Assembly: GCF_006345805.1 (NCBI RefSeq)
Contig: NC_043009.1
Location: 53,692,001-53,756,000 of the forward strand
DNA length: 64,000 nucleotides
DNA from: Octopus sinensis
Taxonomy: Eukaryota
Direction: 5' to 3'
Translations under genes and position numbers: made by a program
Part shown: one piece after another, positions 27,414 to 41,489 of the stretch
Layout: each line of letters starts with the position of its first letter
Position numbering within the stretch: position 1 is the stretch's first letter
The notes under the pieces: model-generated
What the model saw: the letters and a program-made list of their open reading frames with translations, nothing else
Told to the model about the DNA's origin: nothing
Database searches by the model: none

Positions 27414-27968
27414 TAAAACGGTAAGATAACAAAAGAAAGAAAGAGACCTCAATATTATGTAAATAGAGGAAATTCCCACTTCGGCATCTGAAACTCGGAG
27501 AGTTTTATCTTGACTATCGAGTAACGTAACATATTATTTTTATATATATATATATTAATATAATATATGAAAGTACACATGTTTTTTTTTCTCGAGCCTC
27601 GTAACTCATTAGGCCGGTTACCCGTTCCCATGGTGAATATGTGGCCTAGACCACAACATTTGCCAAGAAAGGGGACGCTGAGTTGCCTCAGAGTTCAAGC
27701 CCATCATTTTGTTTTGTTTTTGTTGTTTTTTTTATGGTTGTTGGTTACGAATCCAGTACGTGACTGTTATTCTATTTTATCATCCCAAGAGGAGGTAAGT
27801 TAAATATGACTTCAGCGAGATTTGAACTCGGAACATAAAGTGGTGGCAGAAATTCCATTAAGCATTTATCTAACGCGCTAACGGTTCTGCCATCACGATG
27901 CCTTATGTACGCATGCTTGTACGTATCTCTTTACATGTATATATACATATACATATATAAACATACAA

Positions 27969-28099
<131 letters not shown>

Positions 28100-28170
28100 G
28101 GTCATATGTGTGTGTATCTATACATATACAAGCACACGGTCACAGGTATGTATTATTCAGTTCTACTTAC

Positions 28171-28341
28171 CAGTGAAAATTTCTCCATGTCTTCGTAGAT
28201 GGTAGCAACGGTATCCCACCTGAAGTGCTTGATAAACAACATCCTTGCGACATTGTAAGATGAGTCAGCTTGGGCTACACTAACCAAAGTCTTGTACACT
28301 TCCCTCTTGCTAAGAGCTGGCGATACAGAAGCATAGGACAA
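28171..28341 (-). CDS. Internal coding exon of a GABA-B-receptor-like class C GPCR (Venus-flytrap/ANF-receptor domain)
   Basis: Minus strand reads tcgtttcAG|TTG TCC TAT...TCA CTG|GTAAGT, with a canonical acceptor and donor. The exon is 171 bp, phase 0/0, and encodes LSYASVSPALSKREVYKTLVSVAQADSSYNVARMLFIKHFRWDTVATIYEDMEKFSL. This matches the recalled GABA-B pattern [11 protein letters not shown]...D..N..R...F.W..V.T. The subtype cannot be assigned from one exon. Confidence 0.9.
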
Positions 28342-28626
28342 CTGAAACGATACAAACAAATAAAACCAAATGTTCAGAATCATCGTTATTCAATAATATT
28401 TAGATATATATTCAAGTATACATAGAAAACGAGCTTCTTTCAATTTCCTTCTACCAAACCCACTCAAAAGGATAGTCCAAGCTGCCATGCACTGGGACCG
28501 AACCCGGAAAATATGGTTGGCAAGCAAGTTTTTTAGCACACAGTCTGCGCCTAGGATTGCTCTCTGATCAAAGTCTTTCTAGCCATGCCCATCACGTCTT
28601 TCTTTTATATGATCTCTTTGTAGTCA

Positions 28627-29366
28627 AGTGAAATTAGAATGTAATTTGGTGGGGAATATTGTAATGTCTAGGAGGTCGAGGGAAGACGAAATAAGAACCT
28701 AGTGAAATTAGAATGTAATTTGGTGGGAAATATTGTATTGTCTAGGAGGTCGAGCGAAGACGAAGTAAGAACCTAGTGAAATTAGAATGTAATTTGGTGG
28801 GAAATATTGTAATGTCTAGGAGGTCGAGGGAAGACGAAATAAGAACCTAGTGAAATTAGAATGTAATTTGGTGGGAAATATTGTATTGTCTAGGAGGTCG
28901 AGCGAAGACGAAGTAAGAACCTAGTGAAATTAGAATGTAATTTGGTGGGAAATATTGTAATATCTAGGAGGTCAAGGGAAGACGAAGTAAGAGCCTAGTG
29001 AAATTAGAATGTAATTTGGTGGGAAATATTGTAATATCTAGGAGGTCGAGGGAAGACGAAGTAAGAACCTAGTGAAATTAGAATGTAATTTGGTGGGAAA
29101 TATTGTATTGTCTAGGAGGTCGAGCGAAGACGAAGTAAGAACCTAGTGAAATTAGAATGTAATTTGGTGGGAAATATTGTATTGTCTAGGGGGTCGAGTG
29201 AAGACGAAGTAAGAACCTAGTGAAATTAGAATGTAATTTGGTGGGAAATATTGTAATATCTAGGAGGTCGAGGGAAGACGAAGTAAGAACCTAGTGAAAT
29301 TAGAATGTAATTTGGTGGGAAATATTGTAATGTCTAGGAGGTCGATGGAAGACGAAGTAAGAACCT
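28627..29366. repeat. Minisatellite, 10 x 74 bp
   Basis: Unit AGTGAAATTAGAATGTAATTTGGTGGGAAATATTGTA(A/T)T(G/A)TCTAGGAGGTCGAG(G/C)GAAGACGAA(G/A)TAAGAACCT starts at 28627, 28701, 28775 and so on to 29293. Confidence 0.95.
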
Positions 29367-30118
29367 GTTGACCTATATTTTATGCAAGCTGAACAGCAAT
29401 GGCATCGATCTTACTCGTCTCGAAGAACTTGCAAACGCTCTTGATACATCCCTCCTCTTTCACTTCCCCGACATCTCCCTTCTACACTTCTTCCGATAAA
29501 GACAATGTAAAGGAAAAAGAGCCTAGTCAAAGGAAAACAAAAAACAATCTAAAAAAATGATAACCATAAACATTGGTAGATTGGAACTATCCCACCAAAT
29601 CGATTCCGCAGCCAGCCATCTCCTGTTATCGCCCCCCTCCCACTTCCCATCAACAATTATCCTCATCAAATCTAATTCTCTATTTTACAACCCAAGAGGC
29701 CATTCTTGGGAGACTTGAAAAATAAAAAAAATTCATCAAAATTACTCATTGAATAAAAAAAAACCCAGAAAATACAATTTACTAAAATTCAACAGACGTA
29801 AAAATGCAAACGTTATTGTATCTTAAGAAAACAAAAAAAAAAACAAAAAAAAAACTAGGAGTTTGTAATTTTAAAATGGATCTCATAATGACAGTTTTCA
29901 AATTTGGTTGTTACTACTTTTAAACATAGTTTTCCATTTTAGATACACGCACTTTTGCATAGACATACATTACTGTTCTCACGTATACGCATATCCTCCG
30001 TTACGTACATCTCACACATTTGAAGCGCCATCCAATATTTTCAATCTCACAGCCACTAATAATCATTATATAGGCTTAACAATCATGCAGTCTCTTTCAC
30101 CCTGCCTGTCTTTCTCTG

Positions 30119-30155
<37 letters not shown>

Positions 30156-31070
30156 TATTTTCTCACATACACACAGACATACTCATGCGCGCCCAATGAA
30201 CTGTATCCCTTCTGTCGCTTACAGCCATAAACACATTTAGATGGCAATTTTAATACCTCGCTTTCACACATGCATACAAAATACATCCCAGATCTCTCTC
30301 CTCTCCCCCTCTCTCTCTCATACACACAAACAAACGTACATATAAACCATTATATACCACTCTTACTCCTGTTACTCTTTCTCCCTGTCTCTCTCTCTCT
30401 CCCTCCTACTTTCTCCCTATCTCTCTCTCTCTCTCTTCTACTTTCTCCCTCTCACTCTCTATCCTGCTTTCGCTCTCTCCTCTACCCACATGTTCCGCAC
30501 TCTTATGTCTCCATACAAACTCCATACTCTTTGAGATACCAAATTTCTATTAACCTGTTGCGTTCTCGTGCACACATCGCCTAACAACCGACAAATATTT
30601 TTACTTCAAATTCATCTTTATCACTCTCTCTTTCTGTCATTCTCTCTCTCTCACACTTTCTCTGTCTCTGACACACACACAAACATCCATACACGCGAAA
30701 AATAACACTAGCAAACAGGCACATATATATACAATGTATTTGAGAATGCTATGTGTGTGTGTGTTTATGATATATATATATATATACAGAGAGAGAGAGA
30801 GAGATGCATGTCATCCTTTTTGCGTACATAAAGACTTTTTCGATAAAATTCTTTCGTTTCCACACTCTCTCATTCTCTCTGTCTGTCTGTCTATTTGTCT
30901 CTTTCTCTCTCACGCACACATACGAACACACTTGCACGCGCGTGAATACAAACACACTCACACACGCACATACTCGCACACACTCACACACACATTCATA
31001 CACATACACACTTTCGTTCTTTACTTCTCATAATTTGCAGTATAAATCATTCTATATTTATTTCTAATAA

Positions 31071-31386
31071 GGCGGCGAGCTGGCAGAATCGTTAGGACGC
31101 CGGGCAAAATGCTTACCAGTATTTCGTCTGACGCTACGTTCTGAGTTCAAATTCCGCCGAGGTCGACTTTGCTTTTCATCCTTTCGGGGTCGATTAAATA
31201 AGTACCAGTTACACACTGGGGTCGATATAATCGACTTAATCCGTTTGTCTATCCTTATTTTTCGTCTCTATGTTTAGCCCCTTGTGGGTAGTAATGAAAT
31301 AGGTATTTCGTCTGACGCTACGTTTTGAGTTCAAATTCTGCTGAGGTCGACTTTGCCTTTCATCCTTTCGGAGGCAATTAAATAAG
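31071..31386 (+). mobile_element. SINE family S1, full copy plus partial second unit
   Basis: Full unit 31071-31302, then the same GAAATAG|GTATTTCGTC junction. Confidence 0.85.
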
Positions 31387-31389
31387 AGA

Positions 31390-31620
31390 ACGAAAAGACG
31401 ATGGTGGGGAGTTCCAGAGAAAAGTAGTTCGAAACAAGAAGGTATTGGAATATAAGGACCTATGAATAACAGGAAGCACAAGTAAGAAAATATGCTCCGG
31501 AGACGGGAAGTGGATGATAAGCTTAAAGGTCTTAGCAGATGGTGTCGGAGCCTAATGTTCTTCAGCGTATTAATAGAGAATGTTATTGCCAAAAGTGGCG
31601 AATAGCTTCAACTGGAGAAT
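31390..31620 (-). mobile_element. Decayed CR1/Jockey-group LINE 3' fragment
   Basis: SNTFLFRTTFLWNSPPSSF resembles the C-terminal SFFPRT..LWNSLP motif. Confidence 0.45.
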
Positions 31621-32439
31621 CAGCAAACAAAATGATACTTGATATTTTGTTGCATATTTCACGTTTTCAGTTCAAAGACTACTGGATACTAATTTGCCTT
31701 TAATCCTTCTCGCTCTAACTAGTCATGTGCTATGTCTACAGACGTCAACGGCCGGTCCAAATTTGAAGATTCACGATGTTTTCTTGGAAAAGGTAGAACA
31801 ATGATTTATCGTTGCTTACTGTCGGTTTATTTTCAGTTTTTCTCAAGCTCTTGCTTTCCCAAAATTATCCGTGGCTGCCCAGAACCTATTTTCAACTGTT
31901 GAGCAGTATGTAAAGACTGGTTTATATAATATCAAGGCGTATCTACACACTGGGATGAGGGCAACTCTGTGATACATATCTTGTAGGTCTTAGTCACAAG
32001 ATATCTGCGAACTGATCCTTAACTGGGAGCCTTGAGAGGTACTACAACTCCAAGTTAGAGCATACCAGGCAGTAGAGGTAACTAACGTGTAACTTCTACG
32101 CTATTAATAAACCCCAATTCTCTCTATTTGTATTTATCTCTCAGTCACTCTCTCTTTCATCTGTCTCTCTCTCTGTCTCTCTGTCTCTCTCTCTCTCTCT
32201 CTCGCTTTCTTACTGTCTGTTTCTCTACTGCTGTCTCTTGCCGTGCCAATAAAAAGGATAAAACAAAAGAGAAAAGAAAGTATACAAGCGCAAAGAGCTT
32301 TTGTTTTAACCAATAAAATTCTAAATGAAAAGCAATCTTGAAGAATGTTGCTAAATAAACAGTACTTTCCATGTAGAAACTATTGACGAGATTATAATTC
32401 ATATTTTCTAGAGTCAATGAATTGTCTGTAATAACATTT

Positions 32440-32720
32440 CTGTAATGTTCTGCAAATAAATCGAGTAAGATTTTTCGTTCCATCTCTACACATTCGTCAA
32501 CATCAATTAAGTCTCGTCCACCATGATCTTTCTTCATATAAAACCGGTTGATATCAGCTTTCGGTTGATGGGCTTTCCACTCAAGTTTCTGCATTTCGCC
32601 TTTTGTTCCGCCCACAATTCGAATTCCATATCCGATGACTGCAACTACTCTTGAAGTAATTGCTTCAATAACATTTCTTGAATTGATTGTAATATTTTCC
32701 TCTTCGTATACTTCCTATTT
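32440..32720 (-). mobile_element. RLE-type LINE post-RT fragment
   Basis: HQPKADINRFYMKKDHGGRDLIDVDECVEME resembles the HPKADVDRLY..R..GGRGL motif downstream of RT. Confidence 0.6.
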
Positions 32721-32869
32721 GCAATTTGCTTCACCTCCTCATTTTTCGTTTCATCTACCTCCAATGTACTTAAATACTTATGTTCTTGTCCTTTCATAAA
32801 TGCTTTCCTTCTTTCCCCCTTTGGCGTTTCAATTTCGTTCCCTATTCGTTATCGAAATATTATTATTAT

Positions 32870-32931
<62 letters not shown>

Positions 32932-32932
32932 C

Positions 32933-33045
<113 letters not shown>

Positions 33046-33069
33046 AAGAAGAAGAAGAAGAAGAAGAAA

Positions 33070-34083
33070 CAAGCACAGAAAAAGCTAGGCGCATGAAAAC
33101 CCGTGCCAAAACTGCGGCCTTAGATATTCTGAATAATAAATGGCAAGAAAAACCTCTCTATGGCAAATACCCAAAGAGAGCGAATAATGCAGATATCGAC
33201 AAAGCCCTGACCCATCAATGGCTAATGGCCTCTGGCTTAAAATCTGAAACAGAGGGGTTTATCATAGCAGCTCAAGATCAATGCCTGCCAACAAGAAACT
33301 ACCAGGCCAACATATTAAAGAACGGGAGTAGCCCAACATGTCGTGTATGCCGACAACAAAATGAAGCCATTGATCATGTTGTCTCCAAATGCAGTCTTCT
33401 AGCGCCTACAGAGTACCTCAATAGGCATGATAGAGCTGCACAATATATTCACTGGGTAATTTGCAAAAACCTGGATTTGCCCCATGAAAAAATCTGGTGG
33501 GAACACAATCCACCTCCAGTGCTTGAAAATGACCACATCTCACTCCTCTGGAACTTCACCATTCAAACTGACAGGAAGATAGATGCAAATAGGCCAGACA
33601 TCATATTGAAAGACTTCAGACAAAGAACATGCCTCCTCATTGATATGACTGTCCCAATCGATATAAACCTATCTGCCAAGACCTACCAAAAACTGAGCAA
33701 ATATAAAGATCTTGAAATAGAAATCAGCAAAATGTGGAAGCTGAAGACTAAAACAATACCTGTTGTCATAGGTGCCCTGGGAATGATAGCGAAAGGGACT
33801 GATTGCTACCTAACTCAGATACCAGGAAACCCCAAAATGGCTGAAATTCAAAAGATAGTGCTCATGGGAACTGCTCATATCCTACGCAAAATACTCTCTA
33901 TGTAATCCCAAGGTTTAAAACAAACTTTTTTTAAATCTTTATTTATATTTAAAAAATTTTTTTAGAATTTTATTTTTATTTTTAATATATGGCACAGAAA
34001 TTCCAACCTGTTGTCTCTTGAGGTCTCTGGGTGAGATGTGGAGCCAACTTGTACAGACATGAAGCAAAAGTCAAACATAGAAT
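33070..34083 (+). mobile_element. 5'-truncated Dong/R4-clade non-LTR retrotransposon (CCHC knuckle + restriction-like endonuclease + 3' UTR)
   Basis: The open 270-aa ORF 33093-33905 has CRVC...HVVSKC and RPDII...IDMTVPID...K..KY (PD-D/ExK RLE). The 3' UTR runs into (AAT)n and the 5' flank is (AAT)n(AAG)n. Confidence 0.85.
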
Positions 34084-34147
<64 letters not shown>

Positions 34148-34175
34148 TAATAATAATAATAATATTAATAATAAT

Positions 34176-34385
34176 GAGATGCCGAGTTGGCAGAACTGTC
34201 AGCGCGCCGGTCAGAAGACTTATTAGCATTTCGTACGTCTTTACATTTTGATTTTAAATTCTGCCGCGGTCGACTTTGCCTTCCATCCTTTAGTGATCGA
34301 TAAAATAAGTATCAGTTGATCCCTGTGGTCGATGTAATCGACTTACTATCGCCACCGAAATTGCTGGTCTTGTGCCAAAATTTGA
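34176..34385 (+). mobile_element. SINE related to S1 head, diverged
   Basis: GCCGAGTTGGCAGAACTGTCAGCGCGCCGG...GGTCGACTTTGCC...GATGTAATCGAC. Confidence 0.6.
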
Positions 34386-34395
34386 AGTTCTTCTT

Positions 34396-34502
<107 letters not shown>

Positions 34503-34675
34503 GTGTATGCTAATTACAAGTGAGAGATTTGGGAAAGTATTTAATGACAGACGTCTTAAATTCAACCGGAGTAAGCACCACCAGGCCAAACACAGCAACC
34601 ATATCTCGACGACGAGAGACGAATCCAACGATGATGACGAGGGATGGTGATAATGATGTTGATCAACATCATTAC

Positions 34676-34725
<50 letters not shown>

Positions 34726-35329
34726 ACCAGACAATGCCAAAAATGACACCAATAACGAAAACCATTATCAAATCAACATCACCACATCAAGAAATACAAC
34801 CATCAGCACTACCAACAACAACAACAACAACAACAATAACAGCGACAGGTGGCATAGTAACTTGAAGTTGGTCAGTAGGCTAATTACCAAGCGGTAGAGA
34901 TTCTTCCAATTAACACCCATTACATCGCTTCTTTCGATAATGTGATGGTGTTGTGTGATGGTGGTGGTGGTGGTAGTGGTGGTGGTGGTAGTGGTAGTGT
35001 AGTTGGTGGTACGAACGTTTGTGTAATGGTCAGAGCTACGATGTAGTGATGGCAGATGATTTTGTTACGGACCAATGAAGAAGTGCAAATTGGGTGAAAT
35101 GGAACGTGGTGGGAATTATGACAGTGAAATATGAATAGCGTAGGATGATGACTAAACAAGAATACAAGAAGCACACATACACACACAGACACACACAGAT
35201 ACACACACAACACACACAACACACACATACACACACACATAGAGACAAACACACACATACACACTCCCTCGCACACTCGCACACACGTACACTCTCAAAA
35301 AGTGTGATAGTCTATATTGACATACATCG

Positions 35330-35349
<20 letters not shown>

Positions 35350-35367
<18 letters not shown>

Positions 35368-35401
35368 GGAGAGAGAGATAGATAGATAGATAGATAGATA
35401 G

Positions 35402-35435
<34 letters not shown>

Positions 35436-35568
35436 TAGATAGATAGATAGATAGGTAGATAGATAGATAGATAGATAGTAGATAGATAGATAGATGGAGA
35501 TAGATAGAGTAGATAGATAGATAGTAGATAGATAGATAGATAGATAGGTAGATAGATGGTAGATAGAT

Positions 35569-35631
<63 letters not shown>

Positions 35632-35632
35632 G
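35350..35632. repeat. (GA)n/(GATA)n microsatellite
   Basis: Direct inspection. Similar tracts at 47550-47640, 55780-55868 and 56560-56690. Confidence 0.9.
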
Positions 35633-36761
35633 TCTAAATATTATACTTGATGATTCCGTAGTTACACGGAAATAATCACGAAAGTTTTCTTTCATACATC
35701 TACGTATGTATTTGTGGCTATACATTTCTGTTGAACGTTTAGGTATTTATGTGCGCGTGTGAGTGTGTGTGTATGTGTGGTGTGTGTGTGTGTGTGTGGT
35801 GTGTGTGGTTCATAAACGAGAGTGAGTGTATGCAGTACGTGTTAGAGCGTGAGATTATTTATTCATAACAAGCTGTCACCTTTCTCCTTCTTCCAACACT
35901 GAGCCCATCGTCACTATTCGTTTGCCAGAGGATAAACTTCTGAAATTTACGTATCAGAAGCCTAGTTTGTGTGGGTGTATACGTACACACACACTCACAC
36001 ACATGCATACATTTACATATACATGTATACATACATACATGCAAGCATACATAAATCATACACACATAGATACATGTTTACTAAGATATATATACAAGAA
36101 CGCACATATACCTTCGCAAACACAACCCCACGCACAACCCCATGCATACACACATACACCACACTCAAAACACACACACACACCACAAACAAACTACGCA
36201 CACAACATACACATGCACGCAGACACATATACACACACATACACACCCTTCAGACTGTCTGTCAAACACTTTTCCACTGACCATCCCCTTCACGAATATG
36301 TTAAGAGACACACAGCTACATAAAAGAGCACCACTCCTGTTACCTTAGCTGTTGAATTCTTCCTGCAACCTTAAAAGACACAAAAATTACTCGAACATAC
36401 AAGTATACACAGTTAATACCACACACACACACAGACACTCGTCGCTGGCACACACGCACACATACATACAGATATCTTCTTTTACAAGCTCCTATCTTAG
36501 AAAGAACTTTTTTTTCATTCATTCATTCCCTTCCGGTCATTTCAAAATACAAGTACATCGCGATTGTTGGCGGTTGTTTTTCTTTCGTCTGACTTTTCTC
36601 TTGGACATTCCTCTGTCACCTATTTCTGAAGAAGAGCTTTGCACAACACGTTAAACAACCTTTCTTTCCTTCCCTGAGCGTTTTTAATACTTTGCATGTA
36701 CGACGTCCTCGCGCTGAGGTTTTGTCATGTTGCATATTTTACTTCGTTCTTTTGGATTAAT

Positions 36762-36833
<72 letters not shown>

Positions 36834-36927
36834 GTCGATATATAGATATACACACACACTTTTACACACTCACGCCTATATTCATACATACATATATACA
36901 TACATATATATATACATATATATATAT

Positions 36928-36958
<31 letters not shown>

Positions 36959-37535
36959 TATATATTATATATATTATATTATATATATATATATACATAC
37001 ACACATAGATGTGTGCGTGTGTGAACATCTGTGTTTGGGTATATTCATGTGTGAGTGAGTGCTCGTATACTTACAGTTAATATATCGCGTTGTATATTGC
37101 TATTTCTATCACAATCCTTTTAAAAGTAGAAACGTCTCCAAAATATACTTCTGCAATTGAAGAACTTCTGGATACACTTTAAATTTCACAATAAATGGAG
37201 TACAGTGATGCTACATTAGTATTAGTTCCTGTTTTAAAATCTATTACATTACTACACACACACATAAATACAAACAGTCACACACATCGTATTATTCTAT
37301 CAGTCACCTACAAATAGGTGCTATAACATCTGTGTATCTATATGTGTGAGGGGCGTGCGTGTGTACATTTGTGTGTGCGCGTGTGTGTGTGTGTGTGTGT
37401 TGTACTCAGGTCAAACTTAATGGTGGAGTGACATTTTAGGCATGAGTCGTGATTGGAAATATACAAATCTCCATATCATAAAACGTTAAGTAGTAAAAAT
37501 TTTATTGCATAGTATTATATACATACTAACATACA

Positions 37536-37566
<31 letters not shown>

Positions 37567-37594
37567 ATATATATATATATATAATATATATATT

Positions 37595-37646
<52 letters not shown>

Positions 37647-37680
37647 ATATATATTATATATGCACACACACAAACACACA

Positions 37681-38853
37681 CAGAGACATGACAGAAGTAA
37701 ATAGACACACCATAAAACTTCATTTTATGTTAATTCTAACTTGTAATGGTGTATATTTTTATCAATTGATATTTTTATCTTTCAGGTTTCTATATGTGAA
37801 TGTTTAATGGTGTCGTGTGCAAAAGAAGACTTGGGATTGTCTGAATTTCAAAGAAACCGTATTCTGAAGGTGGACTAAGCCGAAAATCGCAGAAAACCTT
37901 AGGATCTAACTTTCTACTGTTACTAGAGTAATCGTGCAATTCACCAAAGAGGGAAGGAGTCCACATCATCTCACACAGATCAACCACGGCCCTCTGACAT
38001 GCCTCTTTTCTTATATAGAGAATAATCCTCGATGCAAAGCCTCTGACATAGCAGAACAAGTTGATGTCAGTCCCAGAACAGGTATCTCCACAAACTTGTT
38101 TTTTTTTTTGTGGCATAGCAGCAAGAATGAAGCCACTTCTTCGACTAGCCAACATCAAGCGGAGAAACGACTGGGGCAGTGAGGTGTTAGAAAGGCCACT
38201 AATATTTTGGGACACTGTCATACTCTCTGATGAGTCCAGATTTGCTGTATTTTATGACAGTGGTCGAGTTTTTTTTCCGGAGACTCTGTGGTCAAGAATT
38301 TGATATGTAAAGTTTGCAGCAAACAATGAAACACGGCAGCTATTCTATGATGGTCTGGGGAACAATTTGGACCAATGGTTGTTCAGAGCTGGTGGAGTGT
38401 GAGGAAAACATAAACTCAGATAAGGATGTGTCCAATCTTCTCCAGTGGGGAAGTGATTAACGAAGTCTCTTTATGTCACTATGCTAAAATGAACCAAGAT
38501 TTCTTGGATGAGAAATGTATTACAAAGATTCCATAAAAAAGCTTACAAGCCAGTCACCAGAAATGAACCCTACTGAACATCTCTGGGACGTAATGGACAG
38601 GACACTTTATAAAAGGAAGAACAAAGCATCTTCAAAGCCAGGTCTCTTGAGATTACTGCATGAAAGGTGGCAAGAAATTCCGCAAGAGAATATTCGTCTT
38701 TTGATCAGTAACATGATTAATAGGGTCCTTGCATTGAAAAATGCAAAAGGCATGTCTACTAAATACTAAATATTCACATTATAACAATCAATAAATAATT
38801 TGAATAAATTTCAATGATTATAGGGTTGTCTATTTATTTTTGTCATGCCTCTC
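37681..38853 (+). mobile_element. Decayed Tc1-like transposon with both TIRs
   Basis: TIRs CAGAGACATGACAGAAGTAAATAGAC and GTCTATTTATTTTTGTCATGCCTCTC+TA. Transposase remnants ILSDESRF, MVWGTI, SPEMNPTEHLW and NAKGMSTKY*. Confidence 0.88.
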
Positions 38854-38882
38854 TATTTATGTATGTGTATATATATATATAT

Positions 38883-38924
<42 letters not shown>

Positions 38925-38942
38925 TTATATATATATATATAG

Positions 38943-38973
<31 letters not shown>

Positions 38974-39401
38974 CATATATATATACATACACATATATAT
39001 ATATATATATACATATATATAATATATATATATATATATACACATATACATACACACCACATATATATAAATAAAAAACGGAAATAAACAACAACTAAAC
39101 TGAATTTGCTACAAGAACGTACGTCATTCATCCGGTCAGGGAATTCGACAACATACCAATGCACTATCATTGATGACACTCACTTCTCTCAGGAACAGAC
39201 TCAGTTGATGTCGATATCTCGTTCCTCCCTTACTCACGGCCATAGAATTTTTGGCTGACGATAAAAAATGTCTTTCAACTTCACACGTCATTTCTCTATT
39301 AGCCAAAAATATTCTATTATTACAAACATAACCCACTACACACACATGCACAAACACATATCTACCTAGAGAAACATGAACCTACACACACACACATATA
39401 T

Positions 39402-39470
<69 letters not shown>

Positions 39471-39764
39471 ATATACATATATACATACATACTATATATA
39501 TATATATATATTATATATATATACACATAAAATAGTGAAAAAACTACAGAAGGTTTGTGTTATAGGTTTAAAGAATATATTTAAGTCGTTATGTTAGAAA
39601 AATGTTAGAAAATTTTGCGTATAGTAACATATAAATATATATATATATATTGATAAAACGGTAAGATAACAAAAGAAAGAAAGATACCTCAATATTATGT
39701 AAATAGAGGAAATTTATCTATACAATATGTTACACTACTCGGTAGCTACCGAGTAATGTAACAT

Positions 39765-39816
<52 letters not shown>

Positions 39817-40274
39817 TACATACGGTAAAAGTGTAAACAACAAATTAAAAAGGGCAAGGTGGGGCTTATCAACAATTAGAACCTAGAGGCAAAATTAATA
39901 GAGGACATCTATTAATTTTGTTTTCAGCTTCTAATTGCTAATAAACCACCCTTTTAATTTGTTATTTACACTCCTACCGTTCTGAAAATCACCACATGTT
40001 TTCAACAGCTTTTCTTTTAAGATTCAAAAAGGAAGTTGAGTTCAATCCTAAGTGCTAAGAGCCGCCCATGAGAATTAAGCTGGTCTACATCAAAATTCGA
40101 AATCGCGATACAGACATATATGCTAGAGACATAAGTCCCTTTGCCAGTCATTAAATATAGTAATTTAGTGGATTAGGAGTTAATTTAACTTTTATTTTAC
40201 CATATGCGGTGCTAGTCATCACCAACCGTCACTTTTCTGACCTCTATTAATTTTGCCTGTGTATATATATATAT

Positions 40275-40710
40275 ATAGATTACTTCTGGCCATACGGTCA
40301 GCAAAGAGTATATTGTGGAGATTTTGAGGGAATTTAGGAAAATATTTAATCGCAAACGCCAGAGCACCTGCACCAGGGTAATGCACCAGTCCTAAACCAT
40401 CCTGACACCCAATTATTTGACAAATATGGGCAGAAAATCTTACCTCCAACCTATTTACCGTGCAGACTTTACTATGACTTTTCGTTGTTCCCCATGATGA
40501 GGGAGAAAATGGAGGAAGCCGTGACAAGGATCCGCGGCATCTTCACTTTGGAATACTTCCATGGGGCCTTCAAGAAGTGGAAGATCGCTATTAGTGCATT
40601 GAAATCAGTGGATATGGCTTTGAAGGCGATCAGGGTTTTGTACGTTTTTGAAATTAACAAACATCTCTCCTGAAAAAAATCCTGAAGTCTTTTGGATACA
40701 CTTTTTATAT
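40275..40710 (+). mobile_element. Mariner 3' half remnant
   Basis: SGHTVSKEYIVEILREFRK...HQGNAP and EYFHGAFKKW, with a TIR-like end CTTTTGGATACACTT. Confidence 0.55.
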
Positions 40711-41442
40711 GCTTGAAAATAGACCGATACACAAATGCTACAATGAATTACAAAATATTTCTGTCTAATGTTTATCGTAGGTACATTAAACATTAGACTA
40801 CCTTAAATGATTGTCACTTTTGCACAATATTATCGTAGACTGAAAATGACTGAATATACGTGTTCTATATTTACTGAGATGTCATTAAATAACTAACAAT
40901 GCGCTTATAACTTACCCTAATGACAGCCATTATATAACCATTGTCATTAAAGGATTATCATTTGGATATTCCAATTTGCATAAATGATGCACTCTCTACA
41001 GATAGTTAGATTAATTACTGATTGATGCATTTGCTGTATCCGGGTTTTTATACTGTAATCTATTACAGAATAAACACAGTGCATTCAAGCAATATTGCAT
41101 ATCTTAACTTAACGCAATTAATCAAAAATTGCATTTCACAATCGAAAACTAATTGTTCCGTATATTAACTTTGCCTGGTGACAAATAAAAGGGGTCTTTA
41201 TTGTATTTCATCCGCAACTAATTATTCGTATCTAACTGTTAACTTTAACACGACATTTTTGTGGGTGGGTGTATTGACACAATATTTACAATACACACAA
41301 AATGAATACGCATACGGGCTCTTATACACAAAGAGGTACTTAAATGGGATAAATAGGAACGGTGTGAAAGCAGACACACAAACACATGCATACACACATA
41401 CACATTTGTATGTGCTTGTGTGTGTGTGTGTGTGTGTGTGTG

Positions 41443-41489
<47 letters not shown>

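Noticed and set aside
28627-29366. Regular repeat array resembling CRISPR
   Set aside because: The units are contiguous with no unique spacers, there are no cas genes, and the context is eukaryotic. It is a minisatellite.
36344-36369. Possible 26-bp minus-strand microexon (ttttaAG|GTTGCAGG...GCTAAG|GTAAC)
   Set aside because: The splice sites are plausible, but it is too short for homology support and such matches are expected by chance.
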